From the NCBI GenBank assembly GCA_963666835.2, contig CAXXGO010000001.1:768001-832000 (forward strand): a stretch of DNA of 64,000 bases. Reading direction: 5' to 3'. A program made the position numbers and the translations under genes. This document shows, piece after piece, positions 9,131-19,873 of the stretch. Within the stretch, counting starts at the first letter, position 1. The number at the start of each line of letters is the position of its first letter. This DNA comes from Phycisphaerae bacterium (GTDB taxonomy: Bacteria; Planctomycetota; Phycisphaerae; UBA1845). Under the pieces are notes generated by a model that saw nothing but the letters and a program-made list of their open reading frames with translations, was not told the DNA's origin and ran no database searches.

Positions 9131-11581
9131 TCACGATCCGATGTTTGGCGAGACGGCGGCAAGTTGCTTCGGGCCGGGGCGGTACTGAAACACCCAGGCG
9201 GGGCTGGCGGAAGTGGTTGGAACGTGCCGCGATAGACCGAAGATCCGCACGACCTCCTCCGGCTTGGCGATCCAGTAATCCCGCCATTTGTTGTCGGGGG
9301 CGAGCACGAACAGTACCCGCGGGTCGTCCACGTTGCGGCTGGTCGAGATGTTCCGCACCCAACGATCGAGCGCGGCGGGGGTCTCGGGGATCGGCAAGGT
9401 CGCAAGGCCGGTCTCGAACGTGATGTGCTCGTGGAAGTTGCTTACGAGGATCAGCTCCGGTGCGGCCTGCTCCTGAAGCCAGCTATACAAACCTGAAGCG
9501 TCTGGTGCGAAACAACGCGCCCATCGTCCGGAAGGCGCGGTTTCGCGATCGGCGGCCAGCCAGCGCTGATACGGTCGCGGCCAATCCTGTTGCACGATCC
9601 ACGCGCACGCCACTAGCATTGCAGCCCCTGCCGCAACCCGGATCGTACGCTGCGGGATCAGTAAGACCGGGGCCGCGAATAACAAGAAATACAGCGGTTT
9701 GATCGGCTGGTAATAGCGACCAAGGGCGACATAATCGAACTTATCGCCGAACACGGAAGTCGCCCCAATCAGTACCGCGAACAAGGCGAGGGCCAAACAA
9801 CCGCTCAACGATACGGCCGGGGAAGACGCGAACACCCGCAATGCCCGCCGGGTACGCGCGAAACAAAGCCCGATCGCCAGCAGCGCTGCCGGCCAGAGAG
9901 CGAACAGCCAGTGGCTGTACCAGTGGTAATCGTAAAAGCCGAACTCGGTGAAATTCCACCAAGCCTCGCCGAGCATGCCCGGCCCGAAATGGAACCCGAT
10001 CGTGTGCCCGAGGTTCAGTTGCGCCTGGGTCGAACCGGCGCCCATCACGCAGTTGAGGATTATCAAGCCGAGAATCGGCACGGCCGCCGCTGCGCTGAAC
10101 AGTGCGAACGGTCGCCAGGTCATCCGCCGCCGCCCGGCCCATTGAACAAGCAGCCAGACGCCAATCCCCAGGGGTACGAACACGCCGGCATATCGAATCC
10201 AAAACAACCCCCCGGCCAGGAGCCCGGCGAGGATGAGCCACAGAGTGGCACTGCCGGCCAACCGCCCGTCCGCGTCCAGCTTCTGCGAGAGGTCGGCGAT
10301 ACCAACGTAGGCGAGGGAGTCGTCCTCCGTGCCGCGACCTCGGCGTAGTTCTCCTCGAGCGCGAGCGTGTATTTCCGACGTAGGGCGAACGCCTCTCAGC
10401 CCCCCGTTAGTGCAGGCGGAATGGCCGGGTATTACGGGGAACCCGCCCCCGAGCCCCCCCCCGAGCCCCCCCCTTTCAAGGGGGGGAAAGCTCGAAGCGG
10501 CGGAATTACTGCACAGGTCGTCGGGGTTTGGGGGTGCAGTTTGCATCGCGGGGAATCCCCCCCTTACGCTCGTCTTAGCCGGTGAGATAGGGGCAACCGT
10601 AGTGTACGTGCTCCACGATTCCTCCCACGGCTCGCCAGTGGCGGTAGACAGGTGTTCTGCCACCGCTGATCCTCCGCGAAGGCTGCCCGATGGCCGTACA
10701 GAGGTCCGCGACGTAACGACGCTTGTTTCGAGTTCCTCCGCGAGTTCAGAGATGTCTTCCAGTTTCGGGCGGCTGGTTCTCAATGCTCCCGAGGCGCTCA
10801 GAGGAACCTCCAAAGGTCGGGCGACGCCTCTCATCCCTTCGAGCGGAGCAGGCGTGTTTGAGCCTCGACCCGGCATACTCGTGGGGATCACGGCAATCGG
10901 GGCCACCGCCGAGTGGGTGGCAGCCCGGTACGAGGTGATGCCGAGTGCGTCCGCCCCTCGAAGAAGCGCGATTCTCTCAACGGCGAGAACGGTCCCCAGC
11001 AGCGTAAACGGCAGGACTGCAACGAGGATCGCGTCCGTGCTCGGGTTAATTAGCATTGCAGCCGAGACCGAGCACGCGGCCGCCACCGCGGACAGTAACG
11101 TCCCGCAGATCCCACGCGGCACGGCGCGCTTGACCCAAGTGAACCAACCCACCAGAGCGAGCGCACACATGGCCACGCTTATCCACTGACACGCGGCGAT
11201 GGTCCCCACGCCGGTCGTTTGGCGCACGGCCCACACCATCAGCGGATAGCCGACCGGCCACTGCGTGAGGAACCCCCAGTCATATTGCCACTCCCACGGT
11301 TGCAGCGGGGCGACCGGTTGCAGGGAGGTCGGCCCCAAGCCGGCGGACATCCGTTCCGCGGCGATCAGTTGATAGCAGTAATCCGATTCAACCAGCGGGG
11401 GAATAGCCGATCGAGACGGAAGAAGGGCCAGAATGGCGAATACTACGAGAAACGCACCGCCCACCGCCCACCATCGCGAGGCGGCCAGCGGCACTTCGGT
11501 CGTCGGCCGGCTCAGGAGCGCGGCCTGGATAGCTGCTACCCGCGTGCGCGGGTTTGGAATCACGGCTTCGGCGACGGACAA
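9131..11581 (-). CDS. Multi-TM GT-C/ArnT-like membrane protein with a long low-complexity in-frame insert
   Basis: SDYCYQL..A, WPVGYPL, STDAIL, AGLLAGGLFWIRYAG, RYYQP resemble GT-C fold proteins; divergent from a GT2 gene; TTG start is uncertain. Confidence 0.6.
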   Translation of the reverse strand: MSVAEAVIPNPRTRVAAIQAALLSRPTTEVPLAASRWWAVGGAFLVVFAILALLPSRSAIPPLVESDYCYQLIAAERMSAGLGPTSLQPVAPLQPWEWQYDWGFLTQWPVGYPLMVWAVRQTTGVGTIAACQWISVAMCALALVGWFTWVKRAVPRGICGTLLSAVAAACSVSAAMLINPSTDAILVAVLPFTLLGTVLAVERIALLRGADALGITSYRAATHSAVAPIAVIPTSMPGRGSNTPAPLEGMRGVARPLEVPLSASGALRTSRPKLEDISELAEELETSVVTSRTSVRPSGSLRGGSAVAEHLSTATGEPWEESWSTYTTVAPISPAKTSVRGGFPAMQTAPPNPDDLCSNSAASSFPPLERGGLGGGLGGGFPVIPGHSACTNGGLRGVRPTSEIHARARGELRRGRGTEDDSLAYVGIADLSQKLDADGRLAGSATLWLILAGLLAGGLFWIRYAGVFVPLGIGVWLLVQWAGRRRMTWRPFALFSAAAAVPILGLIILNCVMGAGSTQAQLNLGHTIGFHFGPGMLGEAWWNFTEFGFYDYHWYSHWLFALWPAALLAIGLCFARTRRALRVFASSPAVSLSGCLALALFAVLIGATSVFGDKFDYVALGRYYQPIKPLYFLLFAAPVLLIPQRTIRVAAGAAMLVACAWIVQQDWPRPYQRWLAADRETAPSGRWARCFAPDASGLYSWLQEQAAPELILVSNFHEHITFETGLATLPIPETPAALDRWVRNISTSRNVDDPRVLFVLAPDNKWRDYWIAKPEEVVRIFGLSRHVPTTSASPAWVFQYRPGPKQLAAVSPNIGS

Positions 11582-11754
11582 CGCAGATCCTCTGGGGCGA
11601 ACGGGCGGTCGCTTCGCACAGACCGCGACCTCAGCGGTCCATTATCGGTCCTATCGGCGGATTCGACGGCCGGATTAAGAGGACCGCAGCTCGCAACGGG
11701 GAATCATTTCAAGCCGGGCGCCCCCGTCACCGACGTAATTATGGGAACTGCGCC

Positions 11755-13053
11755 ATGAAACTGACTATCGTCATTCCGGCCTTCAACGAAGAGGACGCGA
11801 TCGGCTCGATCATCGAGCGCTGCCAAGCGGCGCGCCCGCAGATCGTGGCCGAGTCGCCGGTGGACGACGTCGAGATCATCGTGGTCAGCGACGGCTCGAC
11901 CGATCGCACCGTCGAAATCGCCTCCGGTTACGATCAGGCCAAGCTGATCGTATTCGAGAAGAACCGCGGTTACGGCGCGGCCATCAAACGCGGGTTCGAG
12001 GAGGGCGAGGGCGACTTGGTAGCGTTTCTCGATGCGGACGGCACGTGCGATCCGGCTTTCTTCGCCACGTTGTGTCGGGCAATTATCGACGAGAACGCCT
12101 CGGTGGCTATCGGGTCGCGGATGGGGCCGCAGAGTTCCATGCCCCGGCTTCGCCGGCTCGGTAATCGGGTTTACGCGTTGATCCTGTCCGCGCTGAGCAA
12201 CCGAGTTGTGACCGACACGGCCAGCGGGATGCGGGTGATCCGCCGCGAGGCTTTGCCGAGTCTGTATCCGCTGCCGGATGGCTTGCATTTTACGCCGGCG
12301 ATGAGTGCTCGAGTGCTGATGGATGACTCCCTGACGATCGTCGAGCGACCGATGCCCTACGAAGAGCGGATCGGCGAGTCGAAATTGCACGTGGTTCGGG
12401 ACGGGGTACGGTTCCTCAATACTATTCTCGAAATGACCCTCATGTGGCGGCCGGCGCGCATGTTCACCGCTGTCGCCGCGGTCTGTTTGGCGCTGACGGT
12501 TCTGCTGGCCAGCCACCCGTTCGAGATGTGGCTCCGCGTGCAACGGCTTCAAGAGGACATGATCTATCGCCTGCTCTTCTGTGCGTTGCTCGGGATGTTC
12601 GGTGTCGCCATGTTGTCAGCCGGAGTTGTCGCCGACCATCTGCGCCGGTTCCTCAGTGAAGAGTCGAGCCCGCGCACTTTTGTCGCGTCTGTATTGGACA
12701 AGGTGTATACTTTTCGCGGGTTCGCGGTTACCACGGTGGTCAGCCTGCCGGTGCTCGGCTGGCTGGTCGGGCGGGGCGTGTGGACCCGAATTACAGACGG
12801 ATTCGTCGACCTGCACTGGTCTCGGGTGGTGCTGGCCGGAGTTATCGCATTCAGCCTGGGGCAGATGCTGATTACCGTTCTCACCGCCAATCTCCTGCGG
12901 TTCCACGCCGCCCGGAGGGTAACCGGCACGGTTCGCAAGACCGCCCGCCGGTCCGCCGTCGCGATCGCAGCGCCCCGCCAGCCGGATCCACACCGTTCCG
13001 CCGAGCCCGTCGGCGTTACTTCCGGCGTTTCTGCCGGCGTTTCCGCAATCTAG
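11755..13053 (+). CDS. Glycosyltransferase family 2 (DPM-synthase-like) with C-terminal TM helices
   Basis: LTIVIPAFNEE, VVSDGSTDRT, NRGYGAA, FLDADG, DTASGMR, RIGESK. Confidence 0.9.
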   Translation: MKLTIVIPAFNEEDAIGSIIERCQAARPQIVAESPVDDVEIIVVSDGSTDRTVEIASGYDQAKLIVFEKNRGYGAAIKRGFEEGEGDLVAFLDADGTCDPAFFATLCRAIIDENASVAIGSRMGPQSSMPRLRRLGNRVYALILSALSNRVVTDTASGMRVIRREALPSLYPLPDGLHFTPAMSARVLMDDSLTIVERPMPYEERIGESKLHVVRDGVRFLNTILEMTLMWRPARMFTAVAAVCLALTVLLASHPFEMWLRVQRLQEDMIYRLLFCALLGMFGVAMLSAGVVADHLRRFLSEESSPRTFVASVLDKVYTFRGFAVTTVVSLPVLGWLVGRGVWTRITDGFVDLHWSRVVLAGVIAFSLGQMLITVLTANLLRFHAARRVTGTVRKTARRSAVAIAAPRQPDPHRSAEPVGVTSGVSAGVSAI

Positions 13054-13087
13054 CTCCGTTTCCAGAAAGGTAGTCGCGTTTCTGCCT

Positions 13088-13203
13088 CCCCTCCTTACCA
13101 AGGAGGGGCCGGGGGAGGTTATTTCGTCCGGGGGAGTCGTTCACCCGTTCGAAGTCTCGCGCCGCCCCGCAGACCCCCCTCAATCCCCCCTTGTTAAGGG
13201 GGG
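13088..13203. repeat. Inverted doublet of C/G-run palindromes (REP-like family B)
   Basis: CCCCTCCTTACCAAGGAGGGG at 13088-13108 and CCCCCCTTGTTAAGGGGGG at 13185-13203, with flanks in opposite orientation. Confidence 0.75.
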
Positions 13204-13327
13204 AGGATCCAAGTTTGATTGCCCGGGCGGATTCTTGCACAATACGGCGGTTATCGAAGAGCGGATTCCCCCGCGCCGGCGCGTGGCGGGCTCCGCGGTG
13301 CATCGCAACCGAACGGAATCCTCAACG

Positions 13328-14491
13328 ATGAAGGTACACGAGTATCAGGCAAGAGCGTTGCTGGCCGAGGCCGGCGTTCCCGTTCCCCCCTCGAAGGTTG
13401 TCGAAACGGCCGACGACGCCGTCGCGGCTTTCAATGAGATCGGCGGGCAGGTAGTGGTTAAGGCCCAGGTGTTTGCCGGGGGCCGCGGTAAGGCCGGGTT
13501 CGTCAAGCTGTGCGATTCCGCCGACGCAGTTCGCGAGGCCGCCACGTTCATGCTCTCCAACCGGATGGTCTCGGTCCAGACCGGGGCGGAGGGTATCCCG
13601 GTGAAGAAGATCCTGGTTGCCTCCGCCGTCGATATCGACAGCGAATATTACGTAGCCGTGGTCGTGGACCGGGCGAAACGAGCCCCGGTCGTGATGGTCT
13701 CGCAAGAGGGCGGGGTCGAGATCGAGGTCGTGGCCAAGGAACGTCCCGAGGCCATCCACAAACGCTGGCTCCATCCACATCTGGGGCTGCTGGACTTTCA
13801 GTGTACACAGTTGGTTACCGCCCTGGGCTTTACCAACAAGGAGCAGGGCAAGGCGGCCGCGAGGGTGATCCGCGGGCTCGTGGATGTAGCGCAGAAATAC
13901 GACTGCTCGCTGGCCGAGATCAACCCGCTGGTGCGCACACCGACCGGCGAGGTTCTGGCGATCGACGCCAAGATGAACTTCGACGACAACGCGGTCTTCC
14001 GCCACAAGCGGCTCCAGGAGATGTTCGACCCGACGGAAGAGAACCCGATGGAGTTGCGGGCCAAGGACCACAACCTGTCTTACATTGCGCTGGACGGGAA
14101 CATCGGCTGTTTGGTCAACGGGGCCGGGCTGGCGATGGCCACCATGGACCTGATCAAGCTGCATGGTGGTGAGCCGGCTAACTTCCTCGACGTCGGTGGA
14201 TCGGTGACCGCCCAAGAGGCCACCGAGGCGTTCCGCATCATTCTGTCAGACGATAAGGTCAAGGGCATTCTGGTGAACATCTTCGGTGGGATCGCCAAAT
14301 GTGACACGATCGCCGAGGCCTTGATCGCCGCGGCCGAGGAGGTCGGATTCACCGTCCCGGTGGTCGTGCGCCTGGAGGGAACCAACGTCGAACGCGCCCG
14401 CGAACTGCTGGCCAAGGCGTCTATCCCGCAACTGATCCCCGCCGAGGACTTAACCGACGCGGCGAAGAAGGTGTGCTCTAAGGTGGCGTGA
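13328..14491 (+). CDS. sucC: Succinyl-CoA synthetase beta subunit
   Basis: MKVHEYQA, VVKAQVFAGGRGKAG, EINPL, DAKMNFDDNA, GNIGCLVNGAGLAMATMD, ANFLDVGG, VNIFGGI, VVRLEGTN. Confidence 0.96.
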   Translation: MKVHEYQARALLAEAGVPVPPSKVVETADDAVAAFNEIGGQVVVKAQVFAGGRGKAGFVKLCDSADAVREAATFMLSNRMVSVQTGAEGIPVKKILVASAVDIDSEYYVAVVVDRAKRAPVVMVSQEGGVEIEVVAKERPEAIHKRWLHPHLGLLDFQCTQLVTALGFTNKEQGKAAARVIRGLVDVAQKYDCSLAEINPLVRTPTGEVLAIDAKMNFDDNAVFRHKRLQEMFDPTEENPMELRAKDHNLSYIALDGNIGCLVNGAGLAMATMDLIKLHGGEPANFLDVGGSVTAQEATEAFRIILSDDKVKGILVNIFGGIAKCDTIAEALIAAAEEVGFTVPVVVRLEGTNVERARELLAKASIPQLIPAEDLTDAAKKVCSKVA

Positions 14492-14583
14492 CGGCGCCGG
14501 GGATGATCACGCAAGTGTGGACCGCGGCACCCGCGCGACGGTTTTCGCACCAATGTCCATCCTCCAATCTCCAGAGGGGGATC

Positions 14584-15384
14584 CTACGGCGTATCAGCCG
14601 CGATGATCTCGGTTATGTGCTGCGGCAATGGCATAATCACCTGGTATTCTTCGCCTGTTCGCGTGTCGGTGACCGACGCACACGCCAGCCCAAACGTGTA
14701 CCATCGCGCATCCTCTGCCTTCCCGGTTGGGCTGACCATCATCTTGGCCGGGCTCCCGGATACGAAATCGGGAGACGAGGGCTGGACGACCACGATATCA
14801 TTGGGCAGGTTGATGCCGCGGATTTCTTTCCAGTTTGGTCGTTCAACCACACGAAAGACCAACGGATCGGTTGCCGGGAACGCCGGCGCCACAAGGACAA
14901 TCTCGCCGGGCTTTGGACGAAGAGTCGGGTCGACGTATCTGTCCCACTCGCTGACGGCGCAGCCTTCGTAAAGCTGAATCAGTGCAAAATCACCGCCCTG
15001 CGGGTCGATTGGTATGTGTTCTTGCAGTCTGCCGGCCATCCAGACGTCTCGACAATTAATCCGGGCGACGGTGCCGGGCAACGGTACCGGGGCAAACCCA
15101 AAACCAGCGTTTGCGCCTACAATGGGCGTTTTGAAGCAATGCGCGGCTGTTACTACGGCGTGAGGTGCCACCGGGAATCCAGGGCAAATCTCGCTGTCAC
15201 CGGACTTTGGAGGGCCAAGCACCTGTCCCGCTACGAATCCGAAATCCAGCGGTTTACCGAAGTAGTCACTCGCCCTGGGCGCGTAGACATGGGATGGGGC
15301 AGCGCACCCCATTGAGAAAAGTCCCCATCCCGCCACGACGAACAACCTCAGACTTGGGCGAAGGCTCGCACTGATCTTCATCAT
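14584..15384 (-). CDS. Putative lipoprotein, trypsin-like (PA clan) serine protease, tandem copy 2
   Basis: Lipobox-like SMGC; VTAAHCF (His), GDFALIQL (Asp), DFVSGSP (Ser). Confidence 0.62.
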   Translation of the reverse strand: MMKISASLRPSLRLFVVAGWGLFSMGCAAPSHVYAPRASDYFGKPLDFGFVAGQVLGPPKSGDSEICPGFPVAPHAVVTAAHCFKTPIVGANAGFGFAPVPLPGTVARINCRDVWMAGRLQEHIPIDPQGGDFALIQLYEGCAVSEWDRYVDPTLRPKPGEIVLVAPAFPATDPLVFRVVERPNWKEIRGINLPNDIVVVQPSSPDFVSGSPAKMMVSPTGKAEDARWYTFGLACASVTDTRTGEEYQVIMPLPQHITEIIAADTP

Positions 15385-15403
15385 CTAATCTCCAAAGGGG
15401 ATC

Positions 15404-16213
15404 CTACGGCGTATCAGCCGCGATGATCTCGGTGATGTGCTCCGGCAGCGGCACGATTACCATGTGCTCTTCACCAGTTCGGGCGTTGGTGACACCCGCG
15501 CACGCCAATCCAAACGTGTACCACCGCGCATCCTCCGCCTTGCCGGTGGTGCTGACCATCATCTTCGCCGGGCTCCCGGATGCGAAATCGGGAGACGAGG
15601 GGTGAACGACCACGATATCGTCGGGTAGGTCGATGCCGCGGATCTCTCCCCACTCGGGTCGTTCAACAACACGAAAGACCAATGGATCAGTGTCCGGTGG
15701 CGCCGGCCCCACAAGGACAATCTCGCCGGGCTTCGGCCGAAGAGTCGGATCGATATACCTGTCCCACTTGCTCACGGCGCAGCCGTCGTAAAGCCGAATC
15801 AGCGCGAAATCACCCGCTTGCGGATCGATCGGAACATGTTCTTCCAGTTTGCCGGCCATCCAGACATCTCGACAGTCCATCCGCGTAACGGTGCCGGGCA
15901 CGAGCGTCGGCACCGGCGCTAACCCAAAACCAACACTCTCGCCGACTCCCGTTGGCGGCCTGAAACAGTGACCGGCCGTTACTACGGTGTGGGGTGCTAC
16001 GGGGAACCCCGGGAAGTACCGGCTATAACCGGGCGTCAAACCGCGAGCCAAGTGCCCGGTGACAAACCCGAAATCCAATTGCCTGCCGAAGTAGTCACTC
16101 GCCCGAGGCGTCTGGACACGGGATGGAGCAACGCACCCCATCAAGAAGAGTGGCCATGCCGCTACAACGAACAACCTCAGGCTTGGGCGAAGGCTCGCAC
16201 CAATCTTCATCAT
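15404..16213 (-). CDS. Putative lipoprotein, trypsin-like (PA clan) serine protease, tandem copy 1
   Basis: Lipobox-like LMGC; VTAGHCF, GDFALIRL, DFASGSP; close paralog of 14584..15384. Confidence 0.62.
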   Translation of the reverse strand: MMKIGASLRPSLRLFVVAAWPLFLMGCVAPSRVQTPRASDYFGRQLDFGFVTGHLARGLTPGYSRYFPGFPVAPHTVVTAGHCFRPPTGVGESVGFGLAPVPTLVPGTVTRMDCRDVWMAGKLEEHVPIDPQAGDFALIRLYDGCAVSKWDRYIDPTLRPKPGEIVLVGPAPPDTDPLVFRVVERPEWGEIRGIDLPDDIVVVHPSSPDFASGSPAKMMVSTTGKAEDARWYTFGLACAGVTNARTGEEHMVIVPLPEHITEIIAADTP

Positions 16214-16441
16214 CTAATCTCCAAAGCAAGACCGAACGTTATGCATCTTCATCGTTCCCGGAGCCTATCCAACGGCCCCGAGCACTCTTGGCGGCGGGTA
16301 GCCAAGCGGGGCCGCGGCTGAGAGTAGCGGGCCGGCGAGCGGGGGGAGCACGATCGCCCCCTCCGCTCACGCAGCTCCGGCTGGTTAAGCCCACCATGTC
16401 CATCGCGCGCAGATGACATGGGTTATTGCCATCTTATGCAA

Positions 16442-17110
16442 CTACTCGATACCCGATTCGCTGAACCGCTGGACGGGCACGCCGTTCAGCGACAGATAGT
16501 CGCCCTCGAGTCCTACGCGGACAACCTCGCCCGCGAAGTCCGCCGCGGCGCCCGCAAGCTCGACGGCGCCCTCGGGCATGTCGGCCAAATCGATGTTGAT
16601 CGCCAGAGCGCCGGCGATCTTCATGGCCTTGAGTCCATCCATGGCCGGACCGTCGAACGAGATCACCGTATCCTCGCCGTTGGTCCAAACCACGGTGACA
16701 CCCGCGGTCTCCTGAAGCTCGGCGGCAGTCTCAGCGTCCAGTTCGAACGGGAGGGTTGCCTCGTAGCCGATGCGGTCCAGCTCATCGAGTTTGTTGGTTA
16801 AAGTGAAGCCCTCGGCGGCCATCTCGAAATCTAGATAGAGGAGGTTGAGCGACCCCGTCAAGGGCGGAGCGACGGGCTCGCACTGGGGAGGAAGGTCGCC
16901 CCAAGGGATCGGCGGACCCATCTCCGGATCCTCAGGTGGCACGGTGTTGGGAGGATAGTCCCTGCCGAACTCGACCCCGGCTTCGTTTCCTTGGGCATCT
17001 CTGATATACGCTTTGGCGTGAGAACCCTGTATGCAACCGCTCATCGGGACCGTGATAACGAGCAGCATCAGAACGGACACTGCCTTACGAATGGTGTTCT
17101 TCTTCAACAT
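16442..17110 (-). CDS. Hypothetical lipoprotein with Pro-rich linker
   Basis: MLKKNTIRK plus hydrophobic stretch plus PMSGC lipobox; acidic body; start at ATG 17110. Confidence 0.65.
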   Translation of the reverse strand: MLKKNTIRKAVSVLMLLVITVPMSGCIQGSHAKAYIRDAQGNEAGVEFGRDYPPNTVPPEDPEMGPPIPWGDLPPQCEPVAPPLTGSLNLLYLDFEMAAEGFTLTNKLDELDRIGYEATLPFELDAETAAELQETAGVTVVWTNGEDTVISFDGPAMDGLKAMKIAGALAINIDLADMPEGAVELAGAAADFAGEVVRVGLEGDYLSLNGVPVQRFSESGIE

Positions 17111-18080
17111 AATCCTACTCTCTTCACTTGAAGTCTGGTAAACTTGAAATGCTTTGTGGTCACCTGCGGCGGTGCCTGCCGGCAACGGCAACACCGTCGT
17201 GGGTGCTAATTCAGCCCGGTTTGTCTTAACGCGTGCCCTCGCCGCGGCGGCCCGCGACAACGAGTTTGATGTTGCCTCATGAGCAGTCCTTCTCCGTCCG
17301 CTGTGTCAGAACCGACACGCTCTCACCTGCTGTGGCAGGTACACCTCGCTCTTCTTCGTATTGCGGCGATGCTCGTCTGCACCTCGCCCGCTACGGCCGG
17401 ATCGTCCCTTCTGCCAGCCGCTGCTATCGATTCAGAAGCAACGCCGCCCATCTCGCCGAATGAGGTTGGCGCCGGCCCGAAACGCGTCGCGCACCTATAG
17501 AAGAAGCGCAAACAGATAACGACCGTGAAATGTCACAGATCACGTCTCCTTTCCGCGCTGCGAGCTGCGTCGTGCCCCAGCACATCCGTCCGAACCCGAT
17601 GAAATGCCCATTGCGAAGGATCGGCTCCGTGGAGTGCCTTACAGCCTCCAACGCTGTGACCCTTCGCATGAGGGTGCGTCGAATCCTACTGCGTTCATCG
17701 CTGGCATGTCAAGTCCCTCTATGGAATTTCTCTGGGGCGTACCGCCACATGTGATATGTTCTATTCGTAGGACAGAACTAGTGTTATGTAGGCTGTTCAG
17801 TTGAATTCGGGAGCAAGGGGCCCATTGTTTGGAGAGTCGCTGCGGATCAGTACTGCGACTGTGAGGCAGAAACCGTGGTCTGCATCCCCCATCTCTGAAG
17901 GGCCTGTCGGTTTAGTCGCAGCAGACGGAGTATGGGTGAGCGATCTCCGTGCGGCTCGCGCTGTTGCACGGCTACGTTCTCCTCATCCAATCCGTGTCAT
18001 CGTGGGTGTCCCTGGCAGATCAGACTCCCTATCTTCCCTAATAGAACGGTTTTTCCTGCGCGCAAGCCCTTTTAGGCCTC

Positions 18081-19658
18081 TTAAATGGCTTTCACCCGAC
18101 CCTCGGCGCGCAGAGCTCCCACTATCGCTATCAGTTTCTTTATGTTGAAGGCTGTGCATGCCCATAACCACTCGGTTCGGACCTTGTCCAATCCACGTAG
18201 CAGAAACTGCCGAAGCCCCATTGCATGCTTGATGACTGCGTTGGGAGTCTCCGCCAGATGCGCCCGCCGTGCGTAGTCCTTCTTACCGGATGCCGTCTTC
18301 AGCCACGCCGCAACCTTCTGGCGAAGCGGTTCATGTTGATCATGTGAAACCGTTCGCCGCTTGCACTTGCCGGATAGACAATCTTCCGCCAGCCTGCAAC
18401 CCTCACATGACAAACACCGATAGACCCGGTATTCCGAATCGGCGCCGTTCTCACGACCCTTCGTCTTGACTTGATCAAACGTCAGCCGGCGACCCTGTGG
18501 GCAGTAATAGCAGTCTTCTTCCCGCTGATAAACGAAGGCGGCGCGGTCCAGCTTTCCCGTCTGACGACGACGAGGAAGCTTAGCCCAGTCCGCCTCCGGC
18601 ACCGGGGTACTCGGGTCCGAACGTTCCGCCGGATTGTCATCCGGCAACCGCGAAGTCCCCGTAGGCATCAAAGGTTCAATCCCGCGATCCACCAACGCCG
18701 AGAGGTTGCCACCTGTGCCGAACGTCGAATCTGCCACCAACTGCTCGGGTTTCTGACCAAAAGCGGATTCAATACGCTCGGCCGTGGGGATTACGGCCTC
18801 CGCTTCGTTAATCTCGTTGAGCACGTCCCCATCTACGATCATCCCGCACTCATCATCCGCAGCGGCTACCGGATTGTAATTCGGACCATAGCCGCCCTCT
18901 TTATTGGGCATGATCGTCGAATCCGGATCGGCCACCGGAACCTTGGCCTTACGTTTCGAAGTGTTTTGGGACTTGCTATGCTTGGCGTCGATCTTCTTCG
19001 CAGCCTCCAAGGCCTTATGAAGTTGTTTCTGACGCTTCTTCAGATCGCCCAACTCCGACGGCAGGGTGTTGACCGAAACGCTGTCGCCAAACAGATCCTT
19101 CTCGCGACGATCTATCTGATCCGCCTCGGCCAGCAACTTATCGATCTGTTCGTCCAGAACACGTAATCGTTCTTCAAGCGTCTTGGCAGTGGCCGTCGCG
19201 TGTGGACTGCTATTCGCTTTAACCCGAGTCCCGTCCAACGCCACCTGATTCAGGCGTATCAATCCCATTTGCATAGCCACGCGGCCGATCTGTCGGAACA
19301 GATCCTTCAGTTCTCGTTTGAACCTCGTGCGGAAATCACAGAATGTCGAATGGTCGATGATCCGTCCTTCCGTCAGCCACATGAAGTCAACAGCGTTACC
19401 ACACGCCCACTCCAGACGCCGACTCGATCGAATCTTGTTGGTCAGACCGTATAGAATCGCCCCGGCCACGATCTTGGGGTGAATCGGCGGCTGCCCCACC
19501 ACCAGAACGTAATGTTGTTCCCAGCTTGCCCAATCCAGTCCATCGAGGATTTCCATCAAGAGCCGCACCGAGTGATTCTCGGGGATGCGGTCTCCCAACG
19601 TCTCGGGAATCAGGAGTATTTGGTCTCTGGGCAGCGGGGCTCGGTTCCATCTGCTCAT
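18081..19658 (-). mobile_element. IS1182-family DDE transposase
   Basis: SSRRLE..C...FMWL...IDHSTFCDFR, LDGTRVKANSS, YNPV, VADS, CPQG...C..C...C, E..NAVIK..MGLRQFLLRGLDKVRTEW...AFNIKKL; GGGAGG RBS before ATG 19658; element ends not resolved. Confidence 0.88.
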
Positions 19659-19873
19659 GCTCGTTGCCTCCCTGCGACGCCTCTCTTCCTGACGCTCGGC
19701 CACGAACACCTGCCATCAAGAACCATGCCAATTAAATCGACAGGCCCTGAAGAGAAGGGCCATCCGACGAAAGAAAGCATATGTGTGCAGGTCCCGCGCC
19801 GGGCGTAGCCACGCAAGTGTGGCCCGCCGGGCGCTCAGAGAACGGCATACCCCGATAGGTCTTCTGCGGATTC

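Noticed and set aside
17760..19873. Terminal inverted repeats and TSD of the IS1182 element
   Set aside because: Only weak partial matches (e.g. TCGCAGCAGAC near 17916 versus the reverse complement CCGCAGAAGAC near 19860); ends cannot be supported.
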